Under the pieces are notes generated by a model. The model saw nothing but the letters and a program-made list of their open reading frames with translations. It was not told where the DNA came from and made no database searches. Positions 9,953-18,051 of a stretch of 64,000 bases of DNA are shown one piece after another (within the stretch, counting starts at the first letter, position 1; each line of letters starts with the position of its first letter). The DNA lies in assembly GCA_045598025.1 (NCBI GenBank), contig JAZLLH010000060.1, positions 10,553 through 74,552 on the forward strand, written 5' to 3'. Origin of the DNA: Bacteroidales bacterium (GTDB lineage Bacteria > Bacteroidota > Bacteroidia > Bacteroidales > WCHB1-69). Position numbers and translations under genes: made by a program.

Positions 9953-10052
9953 TTTTGCGTTTTCTTTTTGCAGATTCTCATTCTCTACTTGCCCTTGATT
10001 TCCGGATAAAACAGTGAATCTGCACAACGATCTTGCCCGGAAAATTGAACTG

Positions 10053-10060
10053 CAAAATTA
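10053..10060 (-). promoter_or_regulatory. Bacteroidetes-type -7 promoter box (TAnnTTTG)
   Basis: The minus strand reads TAATTTTG, 100 nt upstream of ATG 9952. Confidence 0.4.
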
Positions 10061-10155
10061 CAAACTATATTGATATCCTCGTCACAAGTTGGCTGTTTTT
10101 TCCCGATAATGATGATTTTTTTCTATTTACAAGGGTTCTGTATTCATATTTTAAG

Positions 10156-10163
10156 TACTTTTG
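10156..10163 (+). promoter_or_regulatory. Bacteroidetes-type -7 promoter box (TAnnTTTG)
   Basis: TACTTTTG lies 43 nt upstream of ATG 10207. Confidence 0.55.
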
Positions 10164-10206
10164 CAATCGCTAATTTTATTTTTTTTAACTATTATTTTTT
10201 GTACTT

Positions 10207-10791
10207 ATGAAAAAAAATCTGTTTACAATCATTCTGCTGTCCGTAGCATTGGTATGCAGCACTTCCTGCAACAAGGAGGAGGGAAAAAATGAAGAAAAAA
10301 AATTCGGAGTTCCTACTCCTAGCGAAAATGTAGATTATCAACTGCGTGTATATCTCACCGAGACACAACTCCACTATCTGAATTGCGATATCACCGTCAA
10401 TGTGCCGGGTAAAGAAGAACAGACCTTTGACCTGAAAACCACGGATTGTCACATGGACATCGCTGACCCTGACATTGATGAGAACATCATCGGTTTGTCC
10501 GGCATAGTAGACCCCCAGCCTCAAATTTATGTATGTACTTTCGACTACAACGGACTCCCGGCCGGTGAAGCCAAAGCCAGAGTGAATTTTGGCCGTAACA
10601 CCGTTGAATGCGAAGACTCTACGGAAACCGTGGACATCGTCCTAGGAGCTCTTTGGAGAGCAAGAGCACAAGGCCAAAGCTACAGACAGATGGGAAGCGA
10701 CAACAGCGTATACGGAGGTGTGTATGTCCGGAATCTGGAAGAATTCCTCCAGACCGTTGGAAGTTCCTTTGAAACGACATTCAGTTTTTAA
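10207..10791 (+). CDS. Hypothetical lipoprotein
   Basis: 194 aa with a lipoprotein-type signal (MKKNLFTIILLSVALVCSTSC). I recognise no family. Confidence 0.6.
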   Translation: MKKNLFTIILLSVALVCSTSCNKEEGKNEEKKFGVPTPSENVDYQLRVYLTETQLHYLNCDITVNVPGKEEQTFDLKTTDCHMDIADPDIDENIIGLSGIVDPQPQIYVCTFDYNGLPAGEAKARVNFGRNTVECEDSTETVDIVLGALWRARAQGQSYRQMGSDNSVYGGVYVRNLEEFLQTVGSSFETTFSF

Positions 10792-10897
10792 ATCCTACCA
10801 ACACTATAATCCAGCGCTAAAGTTTGCGCGACTGCTTGTCAAAGGATTTAGCCATTTGCTGGTTGAATTTAGGTTTTAAAATAACAAACACTAAAAC

Positions 10898-10931
10898 AAA
10901 AGGATAAGCCATATAAAAGGCTTATCCTTTT
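10898..10931. terminator. Hairpin, probably a bidirectional terminator
   Basis: A 12-13 bp stem, AAAGGATAAGCC (10899-10910) / GGCTTATCCTTT (10919-10930), has an 8-nt loop. A T-rich run follows on both strands (TTTTATAA on plus, TTTGTTTTAG on minus). Confidence 0.6.
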
Positions 10932-11122
10932 ATAATATTCTGTCCTGATAAAGTCTGTTCAGATATCTGTACTGTGTTATGGAACAAGCAAAACAAGGCG
11001 GAGCCCAAAAGCGTTGAAGTAATAGCCTGGATGGAGGTGCCGTTGTAGTAGTGCCTGGTGTAGTTGCCGGATGACTTGTTGCATTTCATGTGCTGGATTT
11101 TCAAATTGCAAAGGTTCAGCAT
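10922..11122 (-). CDS. Orphan small hypothetical protein (66 aa), uncertain
   Basis: The sequence is MLNLCNLKIQHMKCNKSSGNYTRHYYNGTSIQAITSTLLGSALFCLFHNTVQISEQTLSGQNIIKG. It sits in a locally GC-richer patch inside an AT-rich spacer. Third-codon positions are strongly C/G-biased (AAC, TAC, CAC, ACC, ATC, GGC), like neighbouring genes. The stop codon lies inside the 10898-10931 hairpin. I found no canonical -7 box upstream. Confidence 0.25.
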   Translation of the reverse strand: MLNLCNLKIQHMKCNKSSGNYTRHYYNGTSIQAITSTLLGSALFCLFHNTVQISEQTLSGQNIIKG

Positions 11123-11137
11123 TTTTCCATATCATTT

Positions 11138-11151
11138 CGCACATTTGTGCG
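11138..11151. promoter_or_regulatory. Palindrome CGCACA-TT-TGTGCG, candidate operator
   Basis: These are perfect 6-bp inverted arms with a 2-nt spacer. The pairing extends imperfectly to 11135-11154. The site lies 57 nt upstream of the -7 box at 11208. Confidence 0.25.
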
Positions 11152-11207
11152 GAAATATGAAAAATATTTTCAGCAATGAGGGGAAGGAAAGTAATTCGTA
11201 TTTTATG

Positions 11208-11215
11208 TACTTTTG
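11208..11215 (+). promoter_or_regulatory. Bacteroidetes-type -7 promoter box (TAnnTTTG)
   Basis: TACTTTTG lies 45 nt upstream of ATG 11261. Confidence 0.55.
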
Positions 11216-11260
11216 CAAATTGAATTTTGCAGAAAAAAGGATTTTATTTTGAAACATCAA

Positions 11261-12856
11261 ATGAATTTCAGATACTATGCATGGGGCTTGCTGCTGATAC
11301 TGACGGCAGAAATGGAAGCCCAAACAATTTCAGCAGACCGCATGTCCCGACGATTTTCGGGAGAAGCTGAATTTGTGCGTTTGCAGAAAACAGAAACAAT
11401 GCACAAGGCGGAGGACGAATTTCTCTATTCTGTAGGCGACCGATATCCTTCCAGCCTGGATATGGTACAAGATGGACAAAAAGTGGAATTACCGGACGGC
11501 AGCACCATATACAGACTAGCCTTCACGGCGCCGAAAGCCCGTTTTATGGACATATCCTATAAACAGTTTCAAATGCCAGCCGGCGGCTACCTCTATCTTT
11601 ACCAGCCTGCCACCCGCGCTTACCAAGGGCCCTATACATCTGAAGGCATTTCCGATAGTCTGGGATTCAGCACCGACCTGCTGGAAGGTGACAGCATCGA
11701 ACTGCTGTGCTACGAACCTCGCAGCGGAAAAGGACAGACACGGATTGCCCTGCATTGTGTCATTGCCGGACAAAAAGCTTTTTTCAACAGCGACGAGACC
11801 CCTTCCTGCCTGATCAACACGGCCTGTGAGGAAGCGCAGGCATACCGGGACATCGTACAATCCGTAGTGCTGATTTACATGGACGGATACCTGTGTAGCG
11901 GGACCCTCATCAACAACACGGCCCGAGATGGAACCCCCTACATCCTGACAGCCGCCCACTGCATGGAAGACATCTCCTATCCCCAGACTGGAAGCTGGAA
12001 ATTCTATTTCAACATACAGTCGGCGTCCTGCCAGTCGAACACAGACGGACCAAGTCTATACGGTTTTGATTTGCAGGAAATTACAGGATGTAAAATCGTT
12101 TCAAAGGGAGAATATTCCGATTTCATGCTACTCCAATTGAACCAGCAGATTCCGGATTCCTACAGGGCATACTACTGCGGATGGGACCGCAGAAACAGCG
12201 CTCCCAATGGTGTGGTCGGCATACACCACCCGATGGGAGATTACAAAAAATTCAGCCGAAGTTCGCAAACGCCCACCACAACCAACTGCAGTGCGGTAGG
12301 TTACAACCGCATGGCATTCTGGTACTTTTCCTGGGACAGAGGCATCGCCTTCCCCGGTTCCTCCGGTTCAGGACTTTTCAATGCCAGCACTCAAAGGCTG
12401 ATCGGAACTTTGACAGCCATCAACAATGTGGGATGCTCCGAATCGCCCAAATACAGGAACAATTGGTACGGAAAACTGTCCTACCACTGGTTTGCCAATA
12501 ATGAAAACAAGCGGAACGAACAACTGAAACCCTGGCTGGATCCGATAGGAAGCGGAGCTCTTTACATGGATGGAAGTTACCGGCAAAGTTTGGGGGCTGC
12601 GCAGACATTGCCACAGGCCGGGCACTTGGAAATCTCCCCCAACCCGAGTGACGGAAAAGTGGTATTGAACGGACCGTGGCAAGGAAGTGCCGAAGGAGAA
12701 GTGTACAGCATGACCGGACAAAAAGTTGGCAAATTCCAGCTTTCCCAGGCAGGCGATGCCACCGATTTATCCTCCCTATCAGAAGGCATCTATCTCATTT
12801 TGTTGAAAACGGCACAGGGAATGTACCGTGGAAAACTGCATCTGTTGCATCCCTAA
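11261..12856 (+). CDS. Trypsin-like (S1 family) serine endopeptidase with T9SS C-terminal sorting domain
   Basis: ORF 11213-12856. The likely start is ATG 11261 (MNFRYYAWGLLLILTAEMEAQ signal peptide). The catalytic triad context is LTAAHC (His), SDFMLLQL (Asp) and PGSSGSGLF (Ser). The C-terminus (LEISPNPSDGKVVL...GIYLILLKTAQGMYRGKLHLLHP) fits the T9SS tail. Confidence 0.8.
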   Translation: MNFRYYAWGLLLILTAEMEAQTISADRMSRRFSGEAEFVRLQKTETMHKAEDEFLYSVGDRYPSSLDMVQDGQKVELPDGSTIYRLAFTAPKARFMDISYKQFQMPAGGYLYLYQPATRAYQGPYTSEGISDSLGFSTDLLEGDSIELLCYEPRSGKGQTRIALHCVIAGQKAFFNSDETPSCLINTACEEAQAYRDIVQSVVLIYMDGYLCSGTLINNTARDGTPYILTAAHCMEDISYPQTGSWKFYFNIQSASCQSNTDGPSLYGFDLQEITGCKIVSKGEYSDFMLLQLNQQIPDSYRAYYCGWDRRNSAPNGVVGIHHPMGDYKKFSRSSQTPTTTNCSAVGYNRMAFWYFSWDRGIAFPGSSGSGLFNASTQRLIGTLTAINNVGCSESPKYRNNWYGKLSYHWFANNENKRNEQLKPWLDPIGSGALYMDGSYRQSLGAAQTLPQAGHLEISPNPSDGKVVLNGPWQGSAEGEVYSMTGQKVGKFQLSQAGDATDLSSLSEGIYLILLKTAQGMYRGKLHLLHP

Positions 12857-14053
12857 ATGGAAACACCCGCCGTTTTTTTTGCCATTCCGGCTATGGAAGA
12901 GCCCGAATTGGGCCACACCTTAGAGTGTGTTGCCAAACAGGACTACCCGGGTCCCATGAAGGTCGCCGTATGCGTCAACCAGCCGCAGAGCGACTATGAT
13001 ACTTCCGTACATGCAGAACGGACGGCTTGCAATGCTGCTACCTGGGATCAATTACAGCAAAATCCCTGGAAATTGGAACTGATTCCGATTGACCGTTTCA
13101 GCCCGGGTAAAGCCTGGACCGGAAAAAATGCCGGAGTAGGGATTGCGCGTCAAACCTGCGTAGAAGCGCTTCTGCCCTTTGCTTCCGACTCGGATATTCT
13201 GATCAGCATGGATGCTGACACTCTTTTCGACACTGACTACGTGACACGCATAGTGGAAATCTTTCAGAGAAACAGAAAGACCATCGCTGTCAATCCTCCT
13301 TACCACCACTTCCTGAGCGGAAACGAAAGCCGAGACCGGGCCATGTTGCGTTATGAAATATACATGCGCACCTTCCTTATTCAATTGCTGCGCATCGCTT
13401 CCCCTTATGCTTTCACCGCTTTGGGATCGGCCATCTGTTGCCGTATCGGAAATTACCGTAAAGTAGGCGGTTTTGATGCCAGACAGGCGGGTGAAGACTT
13501 TTATTTTCTGCAGAAAATTGTCAAAAGCGGACATCTGGAAGTGGCAGTTGACTGCTGCGTTTACCCTTCTTCCCGCCTATCCGAAAGGGTACCCTTCGGT
13601 ACCGGACCGGCCATACGCGATCTGCAGCAGGCCCATCCTACAAACCGATACCCTCTGTTTTCCCCTCAGGCTTTTGACGCCATTGCCGAAAGCTACCGTC
13701 TCATACCGGAATTGCAGAAAGGTCCCGTCTCTACTCCATTGACTGATTTCATAGACCAAACCTCCGGACAAAACGGGATATGGGAAAAACTGAGGAAAAA
13801 CTATCCCGGCCCGGATGCCTTCGCCAAAGCTTTCCACCAAAAAGCGGACGGACTGCGGATTTTCCAGTTTCTGCGACATTATGCCGCCACTCATCCAACC
13901 TCTGACGAAGAGCTGCTGAAACGCCTGGCTCCTTCCCTTCTGCTTCCCTCCGATTTTTGTTTCGATACAGCCCCCCTTTCCCTTTTGGAAGAGATACGCC
14001 TGCATCTGGAAGCCACGGAAATCCGCAGCCGGAACAAACAATCTGAAAAGTAA
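12857..14053 (+). CDS. GT-A fold (GT2-like) glycosyltransferase with uncharacterised C-terminal half
   Basis: 398 aa with FFAIPAMEEPELGHTLECVAKQDYPGPMKVAVCVNQP, ILISMDADT (DxD) and QAGEDFYFLQK. There is no signal peptide. The ATG directly follows the TAA of the protease gene. Confidence 0.65.
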   Translation: METPAVFFAIPAMEEPELGHTLECVAKQDYPGPMKVAVCVNQPQSDYDTSVHAERTACNAATWDQLQQNPWKLELIPIDRFSPGKAWTGKNAGVGIARQTCVEALLPFASDSDILISMDADTLFDTDYVTRIVEIFQRNRKTIAVNPPYHHFLSGNESRDRAMLRYEIYMRTFLIQLLRIASPYAFTALGSAICCRIGNYRKVGGFDARQAGEDFYFLQKIVKSGHLEVAVDCCVYPSSRLSERVPFGTGPAIRDLQQAHPTNRYPLFSPQAFDAIAESYRLIPELQKGPVSTPLTDFIDQTSGQNGIWEKLRKNYPGPDAFAKAFHQKADGLRIFQFLRHYAATHPTSDEELLKRLAPSLLLPSDFCFDTAPLSLLEEIRLHLEATEIRSRNKQSEK

Positions 14054-14063
14054 CGGATTCTTT

Positions 14064-15365
14064 CTACCCTATAGCCGGCTTCAACAGACCGAACAGCAGG
14101 CATGCCACCGCAAAGGTTACGGCAATATTGAATCCCTGTGCTGTCAGGAAAGCTTTGAGCGAAGCCCGGTTTTCTTTGGAGAAAATTTCTTTAAAACGGG
14201 TCTCCAGACCTATGCAGACAAAGGCAATGGAAAAGAAAATTCCCTGAAAATTCTTGGCCAGATCCTTGTAAGCAATATCCGTACCGGGAACTTTACCGCT
14301 GAACCAGATACTGAATACAACGGAAGCAATCACCATTCCGACCACGAATTTGGGAAAACGATCCCAAATGACCCGACCGGACACTTTCTCCACCTTATCT
14401 TTCTGACGGAAGGACCAGTAGAGAGAAATAAGGAAAGCAGCCACTCCGATCAGCACATTTTGAGAGGCTTTTACAATAACCGCCGTCTCACCGGCTTCCT
14501 CTCCCAATAATCCGCCGGAAGCAGCCACTGCCGCTGTCGTATCTATAGTACCGCCCATCCAGGCACCGCCGATTTGGGCAATCACGTGAGGATCGTTGAA
14601 AAGCAGGGGAAGAATCAGTTTGGCCAGTAACGGCATCAGATACAGCATGGGGATGGCAATCACCATGACAAGGGATACCACATAACTCAATTTCTTTTCA
14701 TCCCCTTTGATGGTTCCACAAGTGGCGATGGCCGCCGAAACTCCACAGATGGAAACGGAAGAGGCCAGCATAGTAGCCATTTCATCGTCCACGCCGAAAC
14801 GTTTGCGGGCCACCCAAAAAGCGAAATACCATACACAGAAAACCACGATGAGCGCCTGTCCCAGACCATAGGCTCCGGATTTCATGATTTCACTGAAAAT
14901 CACTGTAGCACCCAAGCACACAATACCGATTTTAATGTAGAATTCGCTCTGTATGGCCGGTTTGAGCCAGGCAGGTACTTTGAAGCAATTGCTGACAATC
15001 AGACCGAACAGCACAGCAAACAGCACGGATTCCAATCCATACTTCTTGCAGAAAGGAATACTGGCACACAACTGGGCCAGCATGGTCAACAGAAAAATGA
15101 CCAGAAAAGACAGGAAAATGCCTTTGACAGGCTTGTGCAGTACCAAGGCGGAAAAATACACAATCACCAGCAGGAAGACAAATACGTACACTGTGTTCAG
15201 CCAAGCCGTAGGCGTGGTTAATCCCTGGATGTTTATCATCTTGGGAATATGGGTAGGAAACAGAACGGCCAAAGCCAGAATCAGAAAGCCGATGAGAACA
15301 ATCAGCCATTCTTCACCAAACAATTTGGAACAAATACTGCATTTTTTCATTTGAGTCATAGTCAT
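14064..15365 (-). CDS. Polytopic membrane transporter, YeiH/UPF0324-like (putative sulfate exporter family)
   Basis: 433 aa and highly hydrophobic. SICGVSAAIATCGTIKG and GAWMGGTIDTTAAVAASG resemble YeiH-family motifs as I remember them. The start codon choice is uncertain (MTMTQMKK). Confidence 0.6.
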   Translation of the reverse strand: MTMTQMKKCSICSKLFGEEWLIVLIGFLILALAVLFPTHIPKMINIQGLTTPTAWLNTVYVFVFLLVIVYFSALVLHKPVKGIFLSFLVIFLLTMLAQLCASIPFCKKYGLESVLFAVLFGLIVSNCFKVPAWLKPAIQSEFYIKIGIVCLGATVIFSEIMKSGAYGLGQALIVVFCVWYFAFWVARKRFGVDDEMATMLASSVSICGVSAAIATCGTIKGDEKKLSYVVSLVMVIAIPMLYLMPLLAKLILPLLFNDPHVIAQIGGAWMGGTIDTTAAVAASGGLLGEEAGETAVIVKASQNVLIGVAAFLISLYWSFRQKDKVEKVSGRVIWDRFPKFVVGMVIASVVFSIWFSGKVPGTDIAYKDLAKNFQGIFFSIAFVCIGLETRFKEIFSKENRASLKAFLTAQGFNIAVTFAVACLLFGLLKPAIG

Positions 15366-15374
15366 TTTTATGAA

Positions 15375-16433
15375 TTAAAACTTGTAATTCAGCATCAGCA
15401 TGATACGATGAGTATCATCCGAAGCATCATTTTCTTTGTTGCCCACTTGCTGACGTATCAGAGAATAAGAAGCTCTGAACTGCAGAGAAGCGCAAGGCCA
15501 GTACTGCAAACCCAGGCTGCAGACCTTTTCATCGCTGCTGTTGTCCCCGACAGGAGAAGGCGTACTGCCTTTGTGGAAAGCATCGTAGCGTAGGAAGGGC
15601 ATCAGACGCTGTTCCAGATTCCGGCATTGGAAACGAAACCAATAACCTGCTACGGCATAGTAGCCATCGGTAAACAGGTCAAAAACCGGCACGATAGAGT
15701 CGCCATCCACACCGGTTTGAGCCCAGATGTACTCACCACGGACGATCAGGCGTTCATCCTTCCACTGCAAACCCAAACCCATGCGGTCGCGGGTGCGTCC
15801 GTCGTTGTAAGTTCCGCTGTAGAGAGAAGCAGACAAGGTCAGAGGCTCCAGCATGGGATGGATATCAAGGCGGCCCACGATATCCTTTTGCTTGTTGTTG
15901 TCCAATCCATTGGGACCGTTTCCGTTAAAAATTCCCAAACTGTATTCCACAATATGGAACGGCTTTTCGTCGCCTACTTCAAACAATTTTCCACTTGCCA
16001 TCACACCGATGTCACGGCCCAGTTTTCCGACCCCACAGACGTCGCTGTAACCGACCATTTTCGTAATAACATCGCTATAATCACAGGCTTCCAAATCCAT
16101 GGGGGCAATGGGACTTTCCATGGAAAAAGGTAATTTGTATTGTCCGACCTGCAGGCTGAAAGCATCACAACATTTGATTTTTACGTAAGCATCCACCAGC
16201 ATGGGGCTGTTTCCGAAGTCGCCTTGCACTTTGTACGACAGCCAGTCTGTCAGATTTCCGGATGCTACCAGACGGGCCCTGCGGATACGGAAACTGGATG
16301 TTGTCAGTCCTTCATCCTGAATGTCGGCCTGGTATTGAGTCTGTATCCAGCCACCGATTTTCAATTTTTGCGACTGCGCATCAACCGACAACAGGCCGGC
16401 GCAGATCAGACAAAATAACAATAATTTTTTCAT
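15375..16433 (-). CDS. Outer-membrane porin (phosphate-selective porin O/P-like)
   Basis: 352 aa with a signal peptide (MKKLLLFCLICAGLLSVDAQ). It shows an alternating beta-strand pattern and ends in NYKF (C-terminal aromatic). KIGGWIQTQYQ resembles porin O/P starts. Confidence 0.65.
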   Translation of the reverse strand: MKKLLLFCLICAGLLSVDAQSQKLKIGGWIQTQYQADIQDEGLTTSSFRIRRARLVASGNLTDWLSYKVQGDFGNSPMLVDAYVKIKCCDAFSLQVGQYKLPFSMESPIAPMDLEACDYSDVITKMVGYSDVCGVGKLGRDIGVMASGKLFEVGDEKPFHIVEYSLGIFNGNGPNGLDNNKQKDIVGRLDIHPMLEPLTLSASLYSGTYNDGRTRDRMGLGLQWKDERLIVRGEYIWAQTGVDGDSIVPVFDLFTDGYYAVAGYWFRFQCRNLEQRLMPFLRYDAFHKGSTPSPVGDNSSDEKVCSLGLQYWPCASLQFRASYSLIRQQVGNKENDASDDTHRIMLMLNYKF

Positions 16434-16460
16434 GGTTTGACATATTTATGTTTTGAGATG

Positions 16461-16468
16461 CAAAAGTA
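16461..16468 (-). promoter_or_regulatory. Bacteroidetes-type -7 promoter box (TAnnTTTG)
   Basis: The minus strand reads TACTTTTG, 27 nt upstream of ATG 16433. Confidence 0.55.
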
Positions 16469-16564
16469 ACTTTTCCCAGACAAAGCAGAGTCAGTTTTTG
16501 AAACAAAAACTGTAAAGAAAAAAATTATTACTGTCATATATTGCACAAGTATTTCATTTTTTAG

Positions 16565-16572
16565 TACTTTTG
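16565..16572 (+). promoter_or_regulatory. Bacteroidetes-type -7 promoter box (TAnnTTTG)
   Basis: TACTTTTG lies only 4 nt upstream of ATG 16577. This implies a leaderless mRNA or use of a downstream ATG (16583 or 16598). Confidence 0.5.
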
Positions 16573-16576
16573 CAGC

Positions 16577-17134
16577 ATGAAAATGAGTTGGGAAATAATG
16601 GCCATCACCCTATTGCTGGCAGGCAATGTGGTTTTTCTGCTGCTTTGGATTCACAGCCGGATGGCCTATCGGAAATTATTGAAACTGAAATTGGAGAAGG
16701 AAGAAGAATTGTTTCATGTTCCTTCAGGAACCGATTTCAAGTCCGTGCAGCCTCAGGACTATACCGATACCCAACTGCTGATCAACCTAAAGCATCTGTT
16801 CCGGAAGGAAAAGATATTTCTGGAGCCGGATTTGGGAATCAACGATGTGGCAAAAAAACTCGGATGCAGCAAAGCGGCCGTTTCGAAAGCCATCAACACC
16901 CATCTGCACAAAAATTTCCCTACCCTGCTGAACGATTACCGCATAGAGGAATCCATACGTCTGTTGTCCGACAAGGAAACCCAGAACTACAAAATGGAAG
17001 TCATCAGCACTATGAGCGGATACAAAAACCGCCAGGTGTTCCACGCTGCTTTTAAAAAAGCAACGGGAATCACTCCTAACCATTTCCGCGACATCAGCCG
17101 GAAGGAAACAGCCTCTTCCCCTACGGAAATCTAA
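16577..17134 (+). CDS. Membrane-anchored AraC-type helix-turn-helix protein
   Basis: 185 aa with an N-terminal TM helix (IMAITLLLAGNVVFLLLWI). The C-terminal AraC HTH is INDVAKKLGCSKAAVSKAIN...ISTMSGYKNRQVFHAAFKKATGITPNHFR. Confidence 0.75.
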   Translation: MKMSWEIMAITLLLAGNVVFLLLWIHSRMAYRKLLKLKLEKEEELFHVPSGTDFKSVQPQDYTDTQLLINLKHLFRKEKIFLEPDLGINDVAKKLGCSKAAVSKAINTHLHKNFPTLLNDYRIEESIRLLSDKETQNYKMEVISTMSGYKNRQVFHAAFKKATGITPNHFRDISRKETASSPTEI

Positions 17135-18042
17135 AAATCATTTTGTTTCAAGGATTTGAAAGCACTTCCCAGGTGACAGACAATGTCACCGGCCAGGAGA
17201 CTTTCTTCCGATTGTACGTCCAATGCCATATCCCCTGCCAATCCGTGCAGAAACACACCCAGGCAGGCGGCGTCGGCCGGAGCATATCCCTGTGCCATCA
17301 ACGAAAGAATCAAACCGGCGAGCACGTCTCCACTTCCGCCCGTAGCCATGCCCGGATTGCCGCTGGTATTGAAATAGACTTTCCCGGAAGGGCAGACCAC
17401 AGCAGTGAATGCACCCTTAATCAGACAGATACAGGAATGTACCGAGGCAAAACACCGCGTTTTTTCCAAACGATCAAACGCATCGGCAGAGGGACCTATC
17501 AGGCGCTCCAACTCTCCGGGATGTGGTGTCAGAACGGACATGGACGGAAGAAACTCCAGACAGGTGGGATCTTCCGCCAACAAATTTAAAGCATCCGCAT
17601 CACACAGAATGGGACGACGGTAAAATTGAAGAAGTTGCTTCAATGTCCGTTTGGCTCCCTCGCTTTTTCCCAGTCCTGGACCTATACCTATGGCTGTATA
17701 TTTTTCCAAAGTTTTGATTTCCAATGAAGAAACATGATTTTCCTCGACATCGCACTCGACCATGGCTTCCGCCACAGTCGACTGGAGTACAGCATAGCCG
17801 CATTTCGGCACATGCACGGTCAGCAAACCTGCACCGCCCCGGAGACAGGCACTGGCAGCCAAACGGGCAGCACCCATCATACCAAGGCTTCCGGATACCA
17901 AAAGTGCATGACCATAATCTCCTTTATGGGAAAACAAAGCTCTTTCCCTACACAAAGGCCTGAGAAATTCCTTGGTCAGAAAATCACAGGAGGAGTTTGC
18001 TTCATAGCCGATTTGCAGAGCCGATTCTTTATCCAATTTCAT
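17131..18042 (-). CDS. nnrD: ADP-dependent NAD(P)H-hydrate dehydratase
   Basis: 303 aa with KGDYGHALLVSGSLGMMGAARLAASACLRGGAGLLTVHVP and NPGMATGGSGDVLAG, which are YjeF C-terminal domain motifs. Confidence 0.85.
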   Translation of the reverse strand: MKLDKESALQIGYEANSSCDFLTKEFLRPLCRERALFSHKGDYGHALLVSGSLGMMGAARLAASACLRGGAGLLTVHVPKCGYAVLQSTVAEAMVECDVEENHVSSLEIKTLEKYTAIGIGPGLGKSEGAKRTLKQLLQFYRRPILCDADALNLLAEDPTCLEFLPSMSVLTPHPGELERLIGPSADAFDRLEKTRCFASVHSCICLIKGAFTAVVCPSGKVYFNTSGNPGMATGGSGDVLAGLILSLMAQGYAPADAACLGVFLHGLAGDMALDVQSEESLLAGDIVCHLGSAFKSLKQNDF

Positions 18043-18051
18043 GGCATTTCC

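Noticed and set aside
9953-10206. Short hydrophobic ORF (MMIFFYLQGFCIHILSTFAIANFIFFNYYFLYL) in the rhomboid/lipoprotein intergenic region
   Set aside because: It lies across the -7 box and T-rich promoter DNA. T-rich sequence yields Phe/Ile/Leu ORFs by chance.
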